The notes: generated by a model not told the origin, from the sequence alone. 64,000 bases of DNA from Desulfobacterales bacterium (GCA_963674755.2 CAXXVS010000002.1:512001-576000), one strand, 5' to 3'. Positions 51,836 through 62,551 are shown, counted from the stretch's first letter. Made by a program: numbers and translations.

Positions 51836-52198
51836 CTGTCAGGACCGGTTTACGGTAAAAAGATACGTCCCATTTACGGCCACAATAGGATAAATTTCCA
51901 TACAAGTCAATCTGTTGCACGCTATTGGCAAACGTTTCTGCGAAAAGCTGAAATCATCTAGGGCTTTAACGTGTCGCCGGTGGCCCCACCATCCAAGGTG
52001 GATAGGTCCGGTTCGTTCCCTCGGCCCGCCGCCTTATCTTTGCTTCTCAGCCCCATGCATTTGAATCCCTACACGGCCCATGCTATGTTGAGGGCCGCTT
52101 CAATCCTATTTTTCAATTCGGGCGTGGCTGTCCGAACACCGAGACGTCAATGCCCTGTTTGCGGCCCGACGATCGGCCGCTAGGTCAAGATAGGTCCA

Positions 52199-53098
52199 AT
52201 GGATCATTTCATTACACTGATCGAGAAACTGAGCTGGATGTTGCCGCTGGTCTTGCTTTTTGGCCTGCTGGTGCTCATGCTGGCGACGTTGCAGCATTTT
52301 CTGGCTGAAATAAGATCGCAGTCGGGTGTGCGCCATCTGCATATTTCGGCCCTGCGCAGCCCCGGTGAATCAACCCGCCACCGCATCGACCGCACCAATG
52401 GAGAAATTGCGGCTTTTGCCGTGGCGATTGGTGCTATCCCACTGGCGCTCTATGCGGCCCTGCTGTCTTATGTGCACTTCCTGTTTTTGAATCTGGGATG
52501 GATGGAAACGGGATACTTCGGACTCCTCAGCACAGGCTTCATTCTCTATGGATGGAACAAAATACAGCGATTAAAGTCGCGTCGCAGGCGACTTTACATC
52601 CGCTACGAAGGTCAAATGGCGGTGGCCGAGGAAATCAACCGCCTTATCCCGGAGGGCCATCGCGTCTATCACGATTTCCCAACGGATCGCTTTCATATCG
52701 ACCACATTATCGTGGGGCCTCGCGGTGTATTCACCGTAACGGCCAAGGTCGTCCCCCAGCCGGCCCATCACCTTGAAAAACACGCGATGCTGGATGGCCA
52801 GCGCATTGTGTTCGGAAAAAAGAGCGACCAGCGAACATTGGCCTATGCCGCGTTCCAGGCCTCCTGGCTAGCCAAATGGCTCTTGACGGTTACGGGGGAA
52901 GCCCTTGCGGTGCAGTCGATTCTCACGCTACCCGGCTGGCGCGTGAAAACCCTTCGCAAATCCGCTGTCTTGACAGTGGAACCCTCTGCCGTCGGTGATG
53001 CGGTTAGTCGTTTTCAGGGGTATCGGTTGTCCCAAAAAACCGTTCGGTTGGTAAGTGAGCAGATCGAGGCCAAATGTCGACTGGCAGCGTCTTCATGA
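52199..53098 (+). CDS. Membrane-anchored NERD domain protein
   Basis: TM helices then GQMAVAE, YHD, IDHIIVGPRGVF; ExK appears as TAK. Confidence 0.8.
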   Translation: MDHFITLIEKLSWMLPLVLLFGLLVLMLATLQHFLAEIRSQSGVRHLHISALRSPGESTRHRIDRTNGEIAAFAVAIGAIPLALYAALLSYVHFLFLNLGWMETGYFGLLSTGFILYGWNKIQRLKSRRRRLYIRYEGQMAVAEEINRLIPEGHRVYHDFPTDRFHIDHIIVGPRGVFTVTAKVVPQPAHHLEKHAMLDGQRIVFGKKSDQRTLAYAAFQASWLAKWLLTVTGEALAVQSILTLPGWRVKTLRKSAVLTVEPSAVGDAVSRFQGYRLSQKTVRLVSEQIEAKCRLAASS

Positions 53099-53104
53099 TT
53101 TATC

Positions 53105-54208
53105 TCAGGAATAGGTGACTGTTCGCCCATGTCTAACTGCGATGTAACGGGGTTCCAATCCTTCCCGACGTAGGACTTCGCGGATTTCGATGGGTGGGAA
53201 ATGAACCGGTTCATCGCCCAGACGGAAAGTCCCCCAGTGGGCGATGGCCAAATGGCGGGCTTTCAATTCCCTGAAAGCCCGGACCGTTTCGTCCGGATTC
53301 ATATGGCTGGGGGCCATGAACCAGCGTGGCTCATAGGCACCGAGATTGAAAATGGCCAAATCAATCTGCCCTTCCTCGCTAAGTTGTTCAAAACCATCAA
53401 AATAGCCTGTGTCCCCGGAAATATAGAGCGTGGGGCCGCTTTTGGTCCGAATCAGATAGGAGCCCCACAGACCGGTATTAGGGCCTGTCAGTGGATTGCG
53501 CATGGTCCAGTGGTTGCAGGGTAGCAAGACGATCTCCCGCCCGTCGTCTTCGTAGCGTTGATACCAGTCGAGGGGGTTCCGGCGTGTCATGCCGATACCG
53601 TTAAAAATATCGTCATATCCGAGGGGACAGACCACATGCGTGCCTTTGCCCCAGAGCGTGAGCGAAGACACGTCCAGATGGTCGTAGTGGCCGTGGGTGA
53701 TCAAGATATGTTTGGGCTTCGGCAGGGTCGCGATGTCGAATGCCAACGGTGAAAAATCTTTGATAGACCAGAATAAGCCCCTCAAGACCGGGTCCACCAG
53801 GATGGTAGCGTCGAGATCCTGGATAAGCAGGCCGGCATGTTTGATGAGGGTGATTTCCAATCCCTTGGTAGCACTTACGCCGCGTCGATCCATGCAAACC
53901 GGTGTTACCCTTTCATCGCTATAGTACGATTTGAAATGGTTTTGCGAAAACCATTTCCATTTAAGAACGCTTCCCAGTCGACCTTTGCTGATATTGCTGA
54001 ACGGATTGAGGTAGACACCATCCCCATGATGCGCTTTAAGCCGGACCAGATCGCGCATGCTCCGGCCGTTGAGCGGGCGATAGCTGGGGAATGTGGAGGC
54101 GGCTGTGGCATTGTCGAAGGTGCGCGAACGACATGCACTCGGAAAGCCGTAAGGGGCGGCGCTGGCAACACGCTTAAGCAAATTTCCCACAAAATGCCGG
54201 CGTTTCAT
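53105..54208 (-). CDS. MBL-fold hydrolase (NAPE-PLD/RomA-like), possible Tat signal
   Basis: MKRRHF; THGHYDHLD, SGDTGY, GAYEPRWFM, HWGTF. Confidence 0.9.
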   Translation of the reverse strand: MKRRHFVGNLLKRVASAAPYGFPSACRSRTFDNATAASTFPSYRPLNGRSMRDLVRLKAHHGDGVYLNPFSNISKGRLGSVLKWKWFSQNHFKSYYSDERVTPVCMDRRGVSATKGLEITLIKHAGLLIQDLDATILVDPVLRGLFWSIKDFSPLAFDIATLPKPKHILITHGHYDHLDVSSLTLWGKGTHVVCPLGYDDIFNGIGMTRRNPLDWYQRYEDDGREIVLLPCNHWTMRNPLTGPNTGLWGSYLIRTKSGPTLYISGDTGYFDGFEQLSEEGQIDLAIFNLGAYEPRWFMAPSHMNPDETVRAFRELKARHLAIAHWGTFRLGDEPVHFPPIEIREVLRREGLEPRYIAVRHGRTVTYS

Positions 54209-54627
54209 CGTGGCGGTGGATCCTCTCAAGACCTTATCCGTTCGATTTTGTCCATTTTAACCATTGGAAAGGCGCCAATCAACGGCCAATACGCTGCTGA
54301 CCGAGGATCGATGATGCCGCGATTCGGCATCCACCATGACAAATTGTGTCACCGAACCGATTTGGATTCGGGCGTGACATTCTGGAATCAAAGGATAATA
54401 CGTCAGTTGAAGCTTCGTTGGACATGGTATGAATCGTGCAGCGCCGCTTCCTCATCGTCGTCGGCTGATCTGGGCAGTGCGCTGCTATCGGCGCGTCATA
54501 AAACGTTGTCACGAACCAAAACGGACGAATGAAGAATTAATTTTTAAAGATAAGCGGCAAGCGCCTCATCTCATACACTCTGAGTTGTACGCTAAAGATC
54601 ACTCCAGCTGAAAAGAGGAATGCTGCG

Positions 54628-54846
54628 ATGCAAATCTTTCGATGTTCTGAGACACTTGACAGGGACGATGAACGCATCGACAGCAATATGTTAAAAATAT
54701 TAAGCGTATTGGATGGTTATAGAAGCTTGGCGAGTATAGCGTTTACAACGGGTATGAGTATGAGTGAATTTCAGAAAGCCATCAAAACCTTAATCTCTAT
54801 GAATTTTATAAAACCCGTCACAAAAGATCGAACCCCTACGGATTGA
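54628..54846 (+). CDS. Small winged-helix-like protein
   Basis: 72 aa; DGYRSLASIA...GMS...IKTL pattern; GAGGA RBS. Confidence 0.55.
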   Translation: MQIFRCSETLDRDDERIDSNMLKILSVLDGYRSLASIAFTTGMSMSEFQKAIKTLISMNFIKPVTKDRTPTD

Positions 54847-55338
54847 GATTTGCGATTAGCGTCATTCTGAGCCCTCGGCCTGGGTCATTACCAGATAATG
54901 CCTTGACCTTTTTCAACTCATCTCCCCTTAACATCATGTCATTGACGATAATGAAAGAGTTGCCCGATCGGGGAACAGCATGTGAGTCAAGAAAACAAAA
55001 AAGACGGCAGCATGTCAATTGAATTGACAAAGAAAAACTATGTTGACAAAAAGTGTCAACTATATAGGCATTAAATTTATTACATTCTTTAAGTTACCCC
55101 ATTGTGAAGATTGAACAACAATCTTTGTGGAATGTCTGTATATGAACACAGAAGGGTAAGACGGTTAGAAAATGTTCCGGAAAAATTCGATGCAATCCAC
55201 ATAATCTCATAAAAGTCTGTAAATATGTGTAAAAATTAGATCTACAGAAATGATCTGGGGAAAAGTATGCTTTTGATTCAGTGGGACTTCATAATCTGTA
55301 GATTTTTAGACATGGGGAAATGTCGTATTTGAAAAGAA

Positions 55339-55354
55339 AGGCACGTATATTGCT
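55339..55354 (+). promoter_or_regulatory. Sigma54 promoter
   Basis: AGGCACGTATATTGCT (GG-N10-GC). Confidence 0.7.
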
Positions 55355-55499
55355 TTCTTTCGTGGCGTTTTGAAAGGATTTCATCTTAAAATGCTCAGGT
55401 GGACGGACGGTTGCCCATAAAATCCCTTAAAAATGACTTCGCCAAGGATGCCCTCTCATTGGTCGAAGGCATTTTCCATGTCACTTGCGATCAATTATA

Positions 55500-55820
55500 A
55501 TGAAATCGGATCGAATGGAAATGCAAGCAAGAATAAGAAATCTATCCAATATAGCTTATGAACGTGAACTCAGTCGTGAATTGTCGCGTGTGCAACGGCA
55601 TATTGATCTTTATCGCGAAAAAGAAAGCAAGTTTTTCAATTTAAAAGAAATCCGTTTCAAATTTTATCGTGAAACATCGGATGAAATCTGGCGCTTATAT
55701 CACCACATGGGACCGGATAAAGCGGTCGAAAGGGCGGTTTCCCTTGGTTTGCTCAATGAGGAAGAAGTGCCGGAGGATGTCCGCAGCCACCTGGGGCACG
55801 CCGTTCAGTGTGTCCCTTAA
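55500..55820 (+). CDS. Hypothetical protein
   Basis: About 106 aa helical protein (AYEREL motif) downstream of the sigma54 promoter. Confidence 0.65.
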   Translation: MKSDRMEMQARIRNLSNIAYERELSRELSRVQRHIDLYREKESKFFNLKEIRFKFYRETSDEIWRLYHHMGPDKAVERAVSLGLLNEEEVPEDVRSHLGHAVQCVP

Positions 55821-56079
55821 GATCCCGTTCCATAGCTTTCCTTCGATTTTACGATCTTTTTAAGTCCCGTTCCTGATAACCTTTTTAAGAGAATTAAGGC
55901 CTCGAGGACATGATGGCTGCTGATGTCTGATGGGCCGGTGTCACGCATCAGATAGCGCGTGTTCGGGGCACTATCGTTTTGGTTGTATGGCGTGTCGCGT
56001 TAAAATATAGTCCGGCAAGAGGCGGTACTGGCCGGATCGTTTGGGTTTTTCGATACCCGGCAAGGCAAAAGGGGATGAC

Positions 56080-56304
56080 ATGAAAAAGATGGTGGGTGTT
56101 TGTGTACTGGCAGGGGTCGCTTGGGCTTTGTTGCATTTTCATTTCATTTTGCTGGATTCTCGCATAAAAGTACTGGCTAAATCGAATCTCACGCTTGCTC
56201 AGACCTTCGTTGATGCCCGCGGGGCAAAAAAAATGCGACTGTTGCTCGATCCTGATCTGGTAAGCGCCGGTATAAAGAATATCTTGAAGGAGTTCCCCAA
56301 ATAA
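56080..56304 (+). CDS. Small membrane-anchored hypothetical protein
   Basis: AGGGG RBS; MKK plus hydrophobic N-terminus. Confidence 0.65.
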   Translation: MKKMVGVCVLAGVAWALLHFHFILLDSRIKVLAKSNLTLAQTFVDARGAKKMRLLLDPDLVSAGIKNILKEFPK

Positions 56305-56348
56305 CCCCCCTATGTAATCATAAAATTTACGGCAGCTGAGGAGGGATC

Positions 56349-57188
56349 GTGGCCTATCCCGAATATGCAATTACCGACGATTTGGCACCTGTGATCGGCG
56401 TTCCCGGATACTGGCATGAAAGCGACGCCATTCTCGGACGCTTGGCAACGGCGGTTCCGGACAGTTATCTGCGTGCCCTTTTGAAAGCCAACGGCATACC
56501 GCTGATCATCCCGGTCATTCCGCCGGGCAGTGTTCTGGAAACCCTATTTGGGATGATGGACGGCCTGCTGCTGATCGGCGGTCCGGATCTTGACCCAGCC
56601 CACTACCATCAGTCCCCGGCCGATGGGCTCCGCAAGGTGACGCCGGCCCGCGATGCGGTCGAGTTGCAGGTGACACGCTGGGCTCTGGATGCCAACCTTC
56701 CTATCCTGGCCATATGCCGCGGTATTCAGGTGCTTAATGTCGCCGCCGGAGGAACCCTCTGGCAAGATCTTGCAACCCAGCTTCCCGAGGCGGCCAAACA
56801 CGACTATCACCCCGATTTCCCTGAAGACTACCGGGCCCATACCATCAAAGCCGCGGCCGGCAGTGGGCTGGCAGGCATTATTGGGGAAGCGGATATTCCG
56901 GTGAACAGCCTGCATCATCAGGCTATCGACCGGGTGGGGCGAGGATTGCGTGCGACGGCCTTCGCACCGGACGGAATTATCGAAGCAGTGGAAGGGGAGG
57001 GAGACGGTTGGGTCGTCGGCGTGCAGTGGCATCCCGAATGGCTGTTCGAAAGTGACCACCGCATGCGCGCCTTGTTCGAGACGTTTTGCAGCATTTGTGC
57101 CCGCCGAAGGCGACCGGCGCTGCAATCGGCGTCACGTATGGGCCTTTCGGCCGCTTGGCGATCCGCTAGCGTTCCGGAAGAATCGTAA
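56349..57188 (+). CDS. Gamma-glutamyl-gamma-aminobutyrate hydrolase family (peptidase C26, PuuD-like)
   Basis: GG.D, AICRGIQ, VNSLHHQ, VQWHPE. Confidence 0.93.
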   Translation: MAYPEYAITDDLAPVIGVPGYWHESDAILGRLATAVPDSYLRALLKANGIPLIIPVIPPGSVLETLFGMMDGLLLIGGPDLDPAHYHQSPADGLRKVTPARDAVELQVTRWALDANLPILAICRGIQVLNVAAGGTLWQDLATQLPEAAKHDYHPDFPEDYRAHTIKAAAGSGLAGIIGEADIPVNSLHHQAIDRVGRGLRATAFAPDGIIEAVEGEGDGWVVGVQWHPEWLFESDHRMRALFETFCSICARRRRPALQSASRMGLSAAWRSASVPEES

Positions 57189-57576
57189 AACGGGTCTTAA
57201 TTTCCGCCACGCCACTCACCGTAGCGGCCACCGAGCAGTATTTTTCGATGGAAAGTTCAATGGCCTGTGAAAGCGCTTTTTCCGTCAATCCCTTGCCTTG
57301 GACGCGGTAGTCCACGGTTATTTTTCGGTAGGGCCAGGGCGGATCGGAGTCGCGCTCCCCGTCGATGACCACTTCCAGCTTGGTCAGCGGCTTGCGCTTT
57401 TTCTTCATGATCTCAACCACGTCGACCGAAGAGCAGGAGGCTAAGGCCACCAAGAGCATTTCAGAAGGCCGGACGCCGTCCTGCCGGTCGCTGCCGGACA
57501 ACACCACGCTATGCCCGCCTGAATCCGTTCCCACAAACTGCAGTCCGTCAACCCATTTCACGCTTGCCGTTGGCAT
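57166..57576 (-). CDS. OsmC family protein (YhfA-like)
   Basis: RPSEMLL..LASC..D, KYCSV. Confidence 0.92.
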   Translation of the reverse strand: MPTASVKWVDGLQFVGTDSGGHSVVLSGSDRQDGVRPSEMLLVALASCSSVDVVEIMKKKRKPLTKLEVVIDGERDSDPPWPYRKITVDYRVQGKGLTEKALSQAIELSIEKYCSVAATVSGVAEIKTRFTILPER

Positions 57577-57621
57577 GCTTGTGATTCTCCTTGTACTGAT
57601 GCGATGGTGCCCGGGAATGGT

Positions 57622-58461
57622 CTAGAGCTCGAAATACATGTCCGCCGCAACGGCAAAACAATCCATCGTTTTCCCCTTGTCGGCGACCATTTTGCGGCAC
57701 TCTTCCACGATCTTGTCGATTTGGTCGTCATCACGCTCCTGGCTGTGGTGAAACAACCCCAATGTTTTGACACCGGCTTCAAGGGCGAGATCGACCGCCT
57801 CGGTGTATGAGGAATGTCCCCAGAGCACCTTGGATTCATATTCCTCCGGGGTGTATTCCGCATCGTGAAAAAGGAGGTCCGCACCGTAGGAAAAATCGGT
57901 GTAGCGGTCCCTGGGCAGCCCGCCGGGATGAACGAATCCCAGTTCGTTGTCCGTCAGGAAAACAAAGGTTTTGCCGTCTTCGATGAATTTATAGCCGCTT
58001 CCCATGTTGGGATGACTCAAGGGGATCGGCTCCACGGCCATGGATCCGACTTCGAAGCGCGTGGGATTGCCGTCTTCGTATACAATCTTAGCCCGCAATT
58101 CAGATGGCCGGATCGGGAAATTGGGAGGGGTCATGACCTTGGAAACCATATTCTCGACAAATTTTTTGGGAAAGGGGCAACGGTGAACCCGAATGGTGAC
58201 ATGATCCAAATAAAGCGGTTTGAAAAAGGGCCATCCCATCAGATGGTCCCAATGACCGTGTGTGATTAAAAAATGGTAGGTGTAGCGCTCATCTTCGATA
58301 AGCTGATTGCCAAGTCGGCGGATGCCGGTTCCCGCATCCACGATAAAGATATCGTCGCTGTTGGTTCGTATTTCAAGGCACGTGGTATCCCCGCCGTACC
58401 GCAGATATTCGCGACCGGAAACAGGAATGGATCCTCTGGATCCCCACACCTTGATTTGCAT
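57622..58461 (-). CDS. MBL-fold metallohydrolase
   Basis: GSRGS, DAGTG, THGHWDH, TDNE, WGHS, LFHH. Confidence 0.92.
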   Translation of the reverse strand: MQIKVWGSRGSIPVSGREYLRYGGDTTCLEIRTNSDDIFIVDAGTGIRRLGNQLIEDERYTYHFLITHGHWDHLMGWPFFKPLYLDHVTIRVHRCPFPKKFVENMVSKVMTPPNFPIRPSELRAKIVYEDGNPTRFEVGSMAVEPIPLSHPNMGSGYKFIEDGKTFVFLTDNELGFVHPGGLPRDRYTDFSYGADLLFHDAEYTPEEYESKVLWGHSSYTEAVDLALEAGVKTLGLFHHSQERDDDQIDKIVEECRKMVADKGKTMDCFAVAADMYFEL

Positions 58462-58781
58462 CACGATCCTTTCTGGGGAAGGGCATTATATCCGCTGGCA
58501 TCGCCGCAGCTGGGACGGCAGGCTACTTCCTGCCTTAACCTATCCTCCGTAGCATAACTCGGCTATCGAGTCCATCCTCAATTAGCCGGGGCAAAGGGCA
58601 GGCGACACAAGCCGCACGGGTTCGTGAACAGGCACACGGATAGGGCCGTCGATTGACGGTGCATTATACCGGGGAGGGCATGACGGTCTTGGATCGAGGC
58701 CGCTGCCCATGGGGGTGGGCCATCTCGCCGTTCGAATCCCGCTTATGTGCGGTGGTTGGATGACAGAGGCAGGGCAGCCCG

Positions 58782-59168
58782 TTAGGAATCGATACGCTTC
58801 AACTTTTGCACTTCTTCACGAAACTTTTCCGTCGAAAGCTGCTGCCAGGGGCTTTGGGGTGCAAATTGAAGAGTCGATTTTATATCGGGGGTAAAGAATT
58901 TACCGGAGCTGATCTTCGGTGCCGAGAGGTAATATTTGAATTCGCCGCCGAGATCAAGGAGGACATCCAGGATTTCGTCATCTTCCAACAGCTCCACCAC
59001 GAGGAGATTATTGACCATCCCCTGGCCCTTTAGATAGAGCTTCCCCTGGGGGCTTTTGATGATTTCGATCACCGGATTCTCAAGGGCAATGGCGGATTTG
59101 TCCGACGAGACCAAGTAGGCCTGCTCGACCCAGTATTCTCCTTCTTCGAATGGAATCCATTCAGTCAT
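58782..59168 (-). CDS. Hypothetical protein
   Basis: 128 aa from ATG 59168; the upstream ORF extension looks non-coding. Confidence 0.65.
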   Translation of the reverse strand: MTEWIPFEEGEYWVEQAYLVSSDKSAIALENPVIEIIKSPQGKLYLKGQGMVNNLLVVELLEDDEILDVLLDLGGEFKYYLSAPKISSGKFFTPDIKSTLQFAPQSPWQQLSTEKFREEVQKLKRIDS

Positions 59169-59424
59169 TGTCTGTAACGCCACGTTGTGCCCGGACGAGG
59201 ATTTTACGCCGATGCTGTTGGGGGGATCCCCTCCGGGATGGTTTGGTATTGCTGGCCGGCATCCTATCGCAGGCGCATGGTGGTGACAAGGCGTATTATT
59301 GAAAGACGGTTGCCGGTGTTCGGGTGCCAGTGCCCTTGGATTCGCCGCCCCGCGATGCAAATCCCTTGACAAAGTGAACATCATTTCATTAAACTCTTTT
59401 CCATTGCAAAGAGAGGGCTATCTC

Positions 59425-59502
59425 ATGGCGTCAGTACAATACACGATCATTTCCTGGTTTTGGTGGCGTTTCGGCCGAAAGGGGTGTGCTGATCCATTGT
59501 GA
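59425..59502 (+). CDS. Aromatic-amino-acid leader peptide (25 aa)
   Basis: MASVQYTIISWFWWRFGRKGCADPL*; GAGAGGG RBS; TTGACA (59366), 18 nt, TAAACT upstream. Confidence 0.8.
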   Translation: MASVQYTIISWFWWRFGRKGCADPL

Positions 59503-59568
59503 GCGCCTGACGCAACCATAGGCAAACAACAGGACCGTGGCCATCCCAATGCCACGGTTCTTATTTTT

Positions 59569-59601
59569 GGGGCGGTGGCCATATGGCACCGCCCCTTTTT
59601 T
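59569..59601 (+). terminator. Attenuator terminator before aroF
   Basis: GGGGCGGTG...CACCGCCCC followed by TTTTTT, about 110 nt before the start codon. Confidence 0.85.
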
Positions 59602-59710
59602 GTGATGGCGAGGCCGCGTTTCACAGCGGCACAAAACAGACGGCACCCGCCGCCACCCCCTTTGAGGCGAAACGATACTTGCGCCTTTATGTCCATAAGG
59701 AGACGACACC

Positions 59711-60751
59711 ATGTTAATCGTAATGGAAGCAAGCGCGACCCCCGAACAGATCGAAGCCGTATCGCTGGCAATTACTTCCAACGGCTATGAGGCCAGGCCC
59801 ATTCCGGGTGGTGAGAGAATGTCGATCGGTGTGCTGCGCAACAAAGGGCCGGTCGACGCGGCCCTTTTTATCGGTTTGGCAGGCGTCAAGGATGTCATCC
59901 CCGTGACCCGTCCCTATAAACTGGTAAGCCGCGAAACCCGCCCCGAAGACACGGTCGTAAAGATCGGCAGTGCCGCTATCGGGAATGGCTCCATGGCGAT
60001 TATCGCCGGACCGTGCGCCATCGAAAGTGAGGCGCAGGCGTTAACCATCGCCCGCCATGTGAAAGCCGCCGGCGCCCATATCTTCCGGGGAGGGGCTTTC
60101 AAACCGCGAACCTCGCCCTATACCTTCCAGGGACTGGGATTGGAAGGGCTCAAAATACTGGCCAAAGTGCGCCGGGAGACGGGATTGCCCGTGGTGACCG
60201 AGGTCATGGATTTGGAGACCTTCGACCAGGTCGAAACCTATGCCGACATGATCCAGATCGGCACCCGGAACATGCAGAATTTCAGCCTGCTGCGCCGGGC
60301 CGGCCATTCAGCCCGCCCCGTGATGCTGAAGCGGGGCATGGCGGCAACCATCGACGAATGGCTTATGGCGGCAGAGTACATTATGGAAGGCGGCAATACC
60401 CAGGTGGTGCTCTGTGAGCGCGGGGTGCGCACCTTTGTGCGCCACAGCCGCAATACGCTGGATTTGTCGGCCGTGCCGTATGTCCTGCGGGAAAGTCATC
60501 TTCCCATTATCATCGATCCCAGCCATGCCGCCGGACGCCGGGACCAGGTGATCCCCCTTAGTCGATCCGCCGTTGCGGTCGGAGCCCACGGATTGATGGT
60601 GGAGGTGCATCATCAGCCGGAAAAGGCCCTCAGCGACGGCGCACAATCGCTCTATCCGGATCAGTTTGCGAAACTCTGCCGGCAGGCCCAGGGGATCTTC
60701 AGCCTCATGGGAGAAGATGACCCTCCCGAAAAACGCCCAGCGCTCAACTGA
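59711..60751 (+). CDS. aroF: DAHP synthase type I-beta with N-terminal regulatory domain
   Basis: IAGPCAIE, GGAFKPRTSPY, QIGTRNMQN, LKRG, DPSH, SDG.Q. Confidence 0.96.
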   Translation: MLIVMEASATPEQIEAVSLAITSNGYEARPIPGGERMSIGVLRNKGPVDAALFIGLAGVKDVIPVTRPYKLVSRETRPEDTVVKIGSAAIGNGSMAIIAGPCAIESEAQALTIARHVKAAGAHIFRGGAFKPRTSPYTFQGLGLEGLKILAKVRRETGLPVVTEVMDLETFDQVETYADMIQIGTRNMQNFSLLRRAGHSARPVMLKRGMAATIDEWLMAAEYIMEGGNTQVVLCERGVRTFVRHSRNTLDLSAVPYVLRESHLPIIIDPSHAAGRRDQVIPLSRSAVAVGAHGLMVEVHHQPEKALSDGAQSLYPDQFAKLCRQAQGIFSLMGEDDPPEKRPALN

Positions 60752-61138
60752 CGTTCAGGAGGTCTATAAACGAGACCGGCCTGTGAATAGTGTAATTCTT
60801 TTGAGGCGTTGGCCTTTTCGCAAAGCGCTTGACACCTGATCGGCGAAATATTAAGCAAGGCTAACTATTAGATAATATACTATTATTTATGATACATCTT
60901 AATACGATCCAAATATTTGCGGGGTTATAAAAGGCGGAACCGCCGCTTGACGAGCAACCGCGCTATTTTGCCTGCCACCGGTCGGATCATCCGTGATTTT
61001 GTTGAACGCAATTCCCTTTCGCAATTGACCCCGTTCAGCGGCCGCGGTGTTTGGGTCGGACTGTCGATCACACAGGTGTCCGTTTGGGTCATGCGCCGGA
61101 AGCGCGAATCGGTATCCATTAATGGAATTTGGGGCCTC

Positions 61139-62551
61139 ATGAGAACATTTCTATTATTTTTCGTAGCCGGTTGTCTGACAGCGATGGTGAATCCAGGGGG
61201 CCTTCTGGCTGAGTCCGAATCGGCGCCAGTGGCTAATATGCGTGTCCCCGATCTTCAGCAGATCGACGTATTGGACCTGGAAACCGCCCAGCGTATCGCG
61301 ATCGCAAGCAATCCCACGCTGACGGCGGCGGCCGAACGGGTCAATCAGGCCAGTGAACGCATCCGGCAGGCCCAGGCCGCTTATTGGCCGACCCTCGATA
61401 CTAATGGGTCGGTTTCACGGGTGGACATTTCCGAGAATGCCGAAGAAAGCCAGCAGGCGCAATTGCGGCTGCTCGATCCTTATGCCTCGATTGACAATCC
61501 CGAAGATTACTATCGCGCCAACCTCGTGGCCAGCTGGACGGTTTTCGACGGCTTCCGCCGCCACTTCAGCAATGCCTTGGCCCGTTATGGCCAGGACGCC
61601 AGTCAGGCCGCCCTGGCCGAATCCCGCCGGCTTTTGCTTTCCTCGGTGGCGGACAGCTATTACCGGGCGCAACTGGCGCGGGAAAACATCGCCATCACCG
61701 AAGCCGACGAAGCCTTCAATCAACGGCAGCTGGAAGAAGCCCAGGCCCGCTACCATGTCGGCAGCGGGTCGCTGAGCGATATCCTGAACTTCGAAGTCCA
61801 GGTCAATGCCGCGCGCTCCCAGCGTAACGGGTATTATCGGGAATACCAGATCGCTCTGGTAGGGCTGGCGACCCTGATGGCCATACCGGACGCCAGCCTG
61901 CCGCCCGGCGTCCAACTGGCCGGACTGAAACCGGAAGCCGAAAAGGATCTGATTGCGCCCGAAGCGCCCGGGCATCTGGATTATGCCCTGCTGCATCGAC
62001 CGGACATCCAGCAGAGCGAATGGATTCTGAAGCAGCAGGAAGCCAATATCGGGATCGCCCGCTCGAACTTCTATCCGGCGCTCCAATTGTCGGGTTCCGT
62101 GGATGGTGAACGTGCCAATTCCGGACGGTTTCAAGGCGATGATTTCGGCAACACGGTGGGACTCTACCTGACCTATCGCCTTTATTCGGGCGGCGAACGG
62201 CGTGCCCGTTTGGCCGAAGCGAAGTATCAGCAAAAAGAAGCCGAAGAAAACCTGCGCGCTTCCAAGCTCGGCGTGGCCTCCGACGTTCAGCAGGCGATTG
62301 CCAATGTGATCACCGCCCAGCATGAACTGGAATTGCAGCGCAAGAACGCCAAGCTGGTCATGGAAAACCGCGACCTGGTGGAAAAGGAATACCAGGCCGG
62401 CCAGGCGTCGCTCGTGCGTCTCAATGAAGCCCAGCGCAACCTTACCCAGGCCCAGGCGCGATTGGCCCTGGCCCGGGTTGGGCTTCGTCAGGCCCAAAAG
62501 AATCTCAAGGCCAGCACGGGACGCATTTTGCTGCCCTTCGAGACCCCTTGA
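61139..62551 (+). CDS. TolC family outer membrane protein
   Basis: Signal peptide; LDLETAQRIAIASNP; two OEP repeats. Confidence 0.9.
   Translation: MRTFLLFFVAGCLTAMVNPGGLLAESESAPVANMRVPDLQQIDVLDLETAQRIAIASNPTLTAAAERVNQASERIRQAQAAYWPTLDTNGSVSRVDISENAEESQQAQLRLLDPYASIDNPEDYYRANLVASWTVFDGFRRHFSNALARYGQDASQAALAESRRLLLSSVADSYYRAQLARENIAITEADEAFNQRQLEEAQARYHVGSGSLSDILNFEVQVNAARSQRNGYYREYQIALVGLATLMAIPDASLPPGVQLAGLKPEAEKDLIAPEAPGHLDYALLHRPDIQQSEWILKQQEANIGIARSNFYPALQLSGSVDGERANSGRFQGDDFGNTVGLYLTYRLYSGGERRARLAEAKYQQKEAEENLRASKLGVASDVQQAIANVITAQHELELQRKNAKLVMENRDLVEKEYQAGQASLVRLNEAQRNLTQAQARLALARVGLRQAQKNLKASTGRILLPFETP

Noticed and set aside
58585..58650. GGGCAAA...GACACAAGCC...GGATAG, a faint c-di-GMP-I riboswitch resemblance
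   Set aside because: Lacks the GNRA-capped stem, and no gene lies downstream in that orientation.
62505..62551. Convergent 3' overlaps (tolC/aminotransferase; also 57166-57188)
   Set aside because: Short tail overlaps are common and probably reflect stop-codon drift.
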